DNA from: Cyanobacteria bacterium J06626_4
Lineage (GTDB): Bacteria > Cyanobacteriota > Cyanobacteriia > Phormidesmidales > Phormidesmidaceae
Assembly (NCBI GenBank): GCA_038523235.1
Contig: JBCBJQ010000009.1
Coordinates: 35,950-99,949, forward strand
Direction: 5' to 3'
DNA: 64,000 bases
Shown here: in pieces, positions 60,074 to 64,000 of the stretch
How the letters are laid out: each line of letters opens with the position of its first letter
How positions within the stretch are numbered: the stretch's first letter is position 1
The notes under the pieces: generated by a model
What the model was told of the DNA's origin: nothing
The model's input: the letters and a program-made list of their open reading frames with translations, nothing else
The model's database searches: none
Translations under genes and position numbers: made by a program

Positions 60074-63000
60074 CTACCCGACAAGAGCTGGTTCACGGCT
60101 CAGACTCTCCTCCATTGGCGAACTGTTGGTATTGATGGATAGCCCTTCGCCAAACGGATCGATCTCAGACTGCTCTTGATTGAGGGAGCTACTCCCCAAA
60201 GATGCCGTGTCAACCGCTTCAGTCGTCGTGAGGGCAGCCATATCCAAGGGAATGAAGTCACCCCCACCGGATATCAAGTTCTCAGTGCTGCCGATTTCAC
60301 CAGAGGCGCTGCCAAGGTTCAGCAGCTCGTCATAGGCATCCACATCTCCAGCCAACTGACTTTGCTCGGATAACCCAGTCAGGGCATCGGTACCCGCAGT
60401 AACGTCTAAGCTATCAGCCTTCACTACTGCAGTCGGCGGGTATTGCTCAAAAAAGTCTTGCGCCTTAGCGGGATTGCCTTGTTCATCCCCTGTGAGCGCA
60501 TAGAAATGCATACCCGCATCAGAAGGATCATTCACTTTGTTACTGTTACCGGCCTGCTGCATCAACGCCCGTGCTTCTTGCAGTACCGGATCATCAGTGC
60601 TGTCTAACCATGACCAGTTAGAACTGTTGAAACCACTCTTGCCCTTGCCATTTTGATCGCTAATATCTAAGAAAGTGACGTCAGAAAAGTCACGTTTCAA
60701 GTCGCTCCAGGTACGGGTGCCACCTACGTTGTAGTTTTCATTGGCAGAGGAATGGGAAACCAAGGTAATGTTCTTGAGGTTCCCTGGATCAGTTTGCTCA
60801 AAGGCGCGATAGGTCATTTCCATGCGCCCGCCCTCCAGCACTAAGACATTCTTGCCCGAGTTGAAGATGGCCACCAACTCTTGAGTTGTGCCCGCGAGAT
60901 CAGCCTGATAGTCGTAGGTCTGAATGCCCAGCTGCTCGGCAAAAGCAGCGCCATCACGCATGCGACTTACCTGACTGGGAATGTTCGGTTCCCCCACATT
61001 GTTGTTGTAAAAGAAGACTGACTTGTCTTCAACGCCAGCGGCATTGGTGATCGCGGCTGCAACCGGTAAAGCTGAAATATCATCAGGGTCCCGATTGTTG
61101 CCATCAAAATGAGAGACGACATAGTCGGCTTGCCCCATCAAAGATGTCTCAAACGGATTGTTGGTTGGCGGCTCAGGAGTCGGCGGCTCAGGGGGTTGAC
61201 CAGACGAACCGTTTTTGATGGCTGACTCAGCCCTAGTCGTATCCTTCAGAGCGCCATCGTTGCTGAGGGTAATGCGATCCAACACATACCCATCAGAGCG
61301 GCCGGTAATCTCTAGCCGGTATTGGGTATCTGCTTCCAGGTCAACTGCTGCAGATGACTTTTTGTGATTGGCATCAAGCGTGGTGCCCCATTTCAGATCT
61401 TGATCGGAGCTGCCCAAACTGGTGAAGAGTTTCGTTGCTTTCTGGACGACTTCCCCCGTCTCCGCATTAACCACCGCGACGTAGGCATCGTTGCCAGTAT
61501 CCGTGCGCTCTTTGCCGCTACTGCCGTTTTCGTAGCGATCGCTGTTATTCATCGCACTCTTCACGCGACCAGAATGCAGCGCAATGCTGTAAGAGCCTGA
61601 CTCATCAGTTTCAAACTGGTAGCTTAAGGTCTGACCAGTCGGCACCTTGCCATAGCTGCTCTTCGCGGCATCCCACAGCACCGACTGCTCGCCCTCAACC
61701 GTTTTAGATTGCCAGTTACCTGTCAGTGTGGCGGATTCTGCTTCGAGAATGAGCTGACCATTCTCAGTTAGGAATATCTTGTTGCCATCAGGGGTTGGAT
61801 CGGGATCGGGGACTGGGTCAGGATCGGGCACCGGATCAGGATCGGGAGTCGGATCGGGCACCGGATCAGGATCGGGCACTGGGTCAGGATCGGGAATCGG
61901 GTCAGGATCAGGGATCGGGTCAGGATCAGGGGTGGCACCTTCGACGACGGTGTAACTCAGGTCGGTTGAGGCGATCGCCGTACCACCCGCCGCTTTTTGG
62001 GCGTAGGCTGTAGCTTTGAGCGTAAAGTCGCCAGCCGTCAACGTTTCGCCCGCGTAATTGCCTTTGGTGTCACCAAACAAAGCATAGGGCTCGACACTTT
62101 CGATCTGGTTCCCTAAAGAAGATTCAAACTTGACACTCTTGACCGTGTCAGCATCGGGATGATCGGGGTTGATCTGGGCGACCAAACTGTATTGAGTGAA
62201 GTCAACGTCCGCCAAGTCGATCGCATTGCTGACACCCAGGTTTTCGTACCCCTCAACCACCTCATTGGTTTCAGCGTTCACCAAAGCGATGGTCATCAAA
62301 GGCTGATCGCTAGGCGGCTGTGGATCGGGGTCAGGCATCGGATCGGGATCAGGCACCGGATCTGGATCGGGGGTGGGGTCAGGGTCAGGAACTGGATCGG
62401 GAATCGGATCAGGATCGGGAACTGGATCCGGATCAGGGTCAAGCGTTTCCGTATAGGTTGGCGGGTATTCGTCAAAAAAGGCTTTGGCATCCAGCGGATT
62501 AGCCGTCTCATTACCCGTCAAGGCGTAAAAATGCATGCCCGAGTCAGAGGGGTCATTGACCTTATTGGCCGCGTTCTTCATCAGGTCGCGCACTTCTTGC
62601 AAAACCGGATCTGACGCACTATCTAGCCACGCCCAATCAGAGCTGTTAAAGCCACTATCTCCCGCACCGTTTTGGTCTTTGATATCGACCGTCGTCACTT
62701 GGGGAAAATCATTTTTGATGTCTTGCCAAGTGCGAACATCATCAACGCCTGGTTTGCTGGCAATGTTGCGATTTTCGTTCCATGAAGAGTGCGATAGCAG
62801 GGTGATGTTGGCATGCATCGACGCATCCACCTGGTCCAAAGCCCGGTAGATGGCTTCCATCGGCCCACCCTCAATCGCCAGAACCTTTTTGCCAGAACCG
62901 AGAATCTTGACCAGCTCTGCCGTTGCCTGGTCGGCATCAGCTTGATAGTCATAGGTCTGTATCCCCAGCTCCTCCGCCAGGGCCGCGCTCTCTCGCATCA

Positions 63001-63700
63001 ATTCTTCGCGGAGGCCCTGACTGGGTTCCCCTAAATTATTGCTGTAGAAAAAGGTGGACTTGTCTTGAAAACCAGCGGCGTTGGTAATGGCTGCGGCCAT
63101 CGGCAGCGCGGCAATGTCGTCGCGGTCATTATTGTTGCCATCAAAGTGGGAGATGATGTGGTCAAACTCCCCCATAAACGAATCCTGAAACGGATTGTCG
63201 GACGGTGGGCCGGGATCAGGCGTCGGATCGGGATCGGGATCAGGATCGGGATTCGGCGATGGGTCAGTTTCAACGATGGTGTAGCTCAGGTCAACAGCGG
63301 CGATCGCAGGGCCCTTGGCGGCATCTTGGCTGTAGGCCGTGGCCTTTAAGGTAAAGTCGCCAGCGGTTAAGGCTTTGCCACGATAATTACCGTCTGTATC
63401 ACCAAAGAACGCGTAGGGTTCAAAGTTTTCGACCTGGTTGCCCAAGGAAGATTCAAACTTGACGCTTTGCACGGCATCCGCTTCAGGATGATCAGCATTG
63501 ATCTGGGCGACGATGCTGTAGCGAGACAGATCTAATTCAGCCAAATTGATCTGGCCATCAACGGCTAAATCTTCATAGCCAGCAACAAGTTCATTACTTT
63601 CAGCATCAATCAAGGCAAACGTTATGAGGCGCGGCGAAGTGGTGACAGCAGAGGAATCTGTTGATGCAACGGTGCTGAGTGGCATATTCATTGACTTCAA
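60074..63700 (-). CDS. Large modular acidic protein A-B-A-C-B with Pro-Asp linkers (B nucleoside-hydrolase-like, C CBM-like)
   Basis: Internal duplications visible in the translation; (PD)n linkers; HFDGNN.D.DD motif twice. Confidence 0.8.
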   Translation of the reverse strand: MKSMNMPLSTVASTDSSAVTTSPRLITFALIDAESNELVAGYEDLAVDGQINLAELDLSRYSIVAQINADHPEADAVQSVKFESSLGNQVENFEPYAFFGDTDGNYRGKALTAGDFTLKATAYSQDAAKGPAIAAVDLSYTIVETDPSPNPDPDPDPDPTPDPGPPSDNPFQDSFMGEFDHIISHFDGNNNDRDDIAALPMAAAITNAAGFQDKSTFFYSNNLGEPSQGLREELMRESAALAEELGIQTYDYQADADQATAELVKILGSGKKVLAIEGGPMEAIYRALDQVDASMHANITLLSHSSWNENRNIASKPGVDDVRTWQDIKNDFPQVTTVDIKDQNGAGDSGFNSSDWAWLDSASDPVLQEVRDLMKNAANKVNDPSDSGMHFYALTGNETANPLDAKAFFDEYPPTYTETLDPDPDPVPDPDPIPDPVPDPDPTPDPDPVPDPDPMPDPDPQPPSDQPLMTIALVNAETNEVVEGYENLGVSNAIDLADVDFTQYSLVAQINPDHPDADTVKSVKFESSLGNQIESVEPYALFGDTKGNYAGETLTAGDFTLKATAYAQKAAGGTAIASTDLSYTVVEGATPDPDPIPDPDPIPDPDPVPDPDPVPDPTPDPDPVPDPDPVPDPDPTPDGNKIFLTENGQLILEAESATLTGNWQSKTVEGEQSVLWDAAKSSYGKVPTGQTLSYQFETDESGSYSIALHSGRVKSAMNNSDRYENGSSGKERTDTGNDAYVAVVNAETGEVVQKATKLFTSLGSSDQDLKWGTTLDANHKKSSAAVDLEADTQYRLEITGRSDGYVLDRITLSNDGALKDTTRAESAIKNGSSGQPPEPPTPEPPTNNPFETSLMGQADYVVSHFDGNNRDPDDISALPVAAAITNAAGVEDKSVFFYNNNVGEPNIPSQVSRMRDGAAFAEQLGIQTYDYQADLAGTTQELVAIFNSGKNVLVLEGGRMEMTYRAFEQTDPGNLKNITLVSHSSANENYNVGGTRTWSDLKRDFSDVTFLDISDQNGKGKSGFNSSNWSWLDSTDDPVLQEARALMQQAGNSNKVNDPSDAGMHFYALTGDEQGNPAKAQDFFEQYPPTAVVKADSLDVTAGTDALTGLSEQSQLAGDVDAYDELLNLGSASGEIGSTENLISGGGDFIPLDMAALTTTEAVDTASLGSSSLNQEQSEIDPFGEGLSINTNSSPMEESLSREPALVG
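61790..61935. repeat. Hexamer-periodic tandem repeat encoding a (Pro-Asp)n linker
   Basis: gatcgg/gatcag/ggtcag units; similar tracts near 62320-62440 and 63210-63265. Confidence 0.85.
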
Positions 63701-64000
63701 GTCCTTACACGAGCGCAGGCAAAAATAACCTGCAGAAAATTTTCCACGAGGGCTTTTGCCGATCCAAAAGCAAACCGAGCAGCTTGCAAATCAATCGAAC
63801 AAATTCCGTTGGGAGTCGAAAATGAGTGAGCGATAGCCATGCCAGAGACGTCTCTAGATTTGTCACCTAAAGACCAGCAAGCTATAGCTGGAGTAAACCT
63901 GAAATAAAGTCAGAAGTTGGCATGTTGAGTGACATAGAATGCCGGTCTGAATGGCGCAGTCGGCTGACCCCAAGATGCTTTACCCATCTTCAGTGTCAAC

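Noticed and set aside
59697..60096. Cobalamin riboswitch or 116-aa ORF upstream of the BtuF-like gene
   Set aside because: No GGGAA/GCCACTG B12-box elements; the region consists of HIP1-containing hairpins and a terminator
61790..63265. Periodic repeats as a possible CRISPR array
   Set aside because: In-frame hexamer repeats encoding Pro-Asp linkers; no unique spacers and no cas genes

Overview
64 kb of cyanobacterial chromosome, inferred from very dense HIP1 GCGATCGC octamers, ftrV, nblB, a cyanobacterial-type 6S RNA and GUN4 proteins. Housekeeping genes dominate: pstSCAB plus a second pstS, asnS, efp-accB, hisC, thiL, an EF-G paralog and a UvrD-type helicase. The most coherent candidate for an undescribed system is at 4.0-11.7 kb. 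There an ECF sigma/anti-sigma pair heads a split MacAB-TolC exporter cluster, divergent from a PEP-CTERM surface protein gene, and both directions carry the same CAATCC-N16-CGTA promoter motif. Other notable items are a gap-free ~79%-identical copy of the accB 3' end bracketing hisC, a tandem-duplicated non-coding motif upstream of an SGNH hydrolase, a 1208-aa modular protein with duplicated nucleoside-hydrolase-like domains, a TIR/EAD-like protein, two GUN4 proteins and several MITE/REP-like repeats. No tRNA, rRNA, CRISPR array, integrase or transposase was seen. All family calls come from motif recognition by eye, not database searches.
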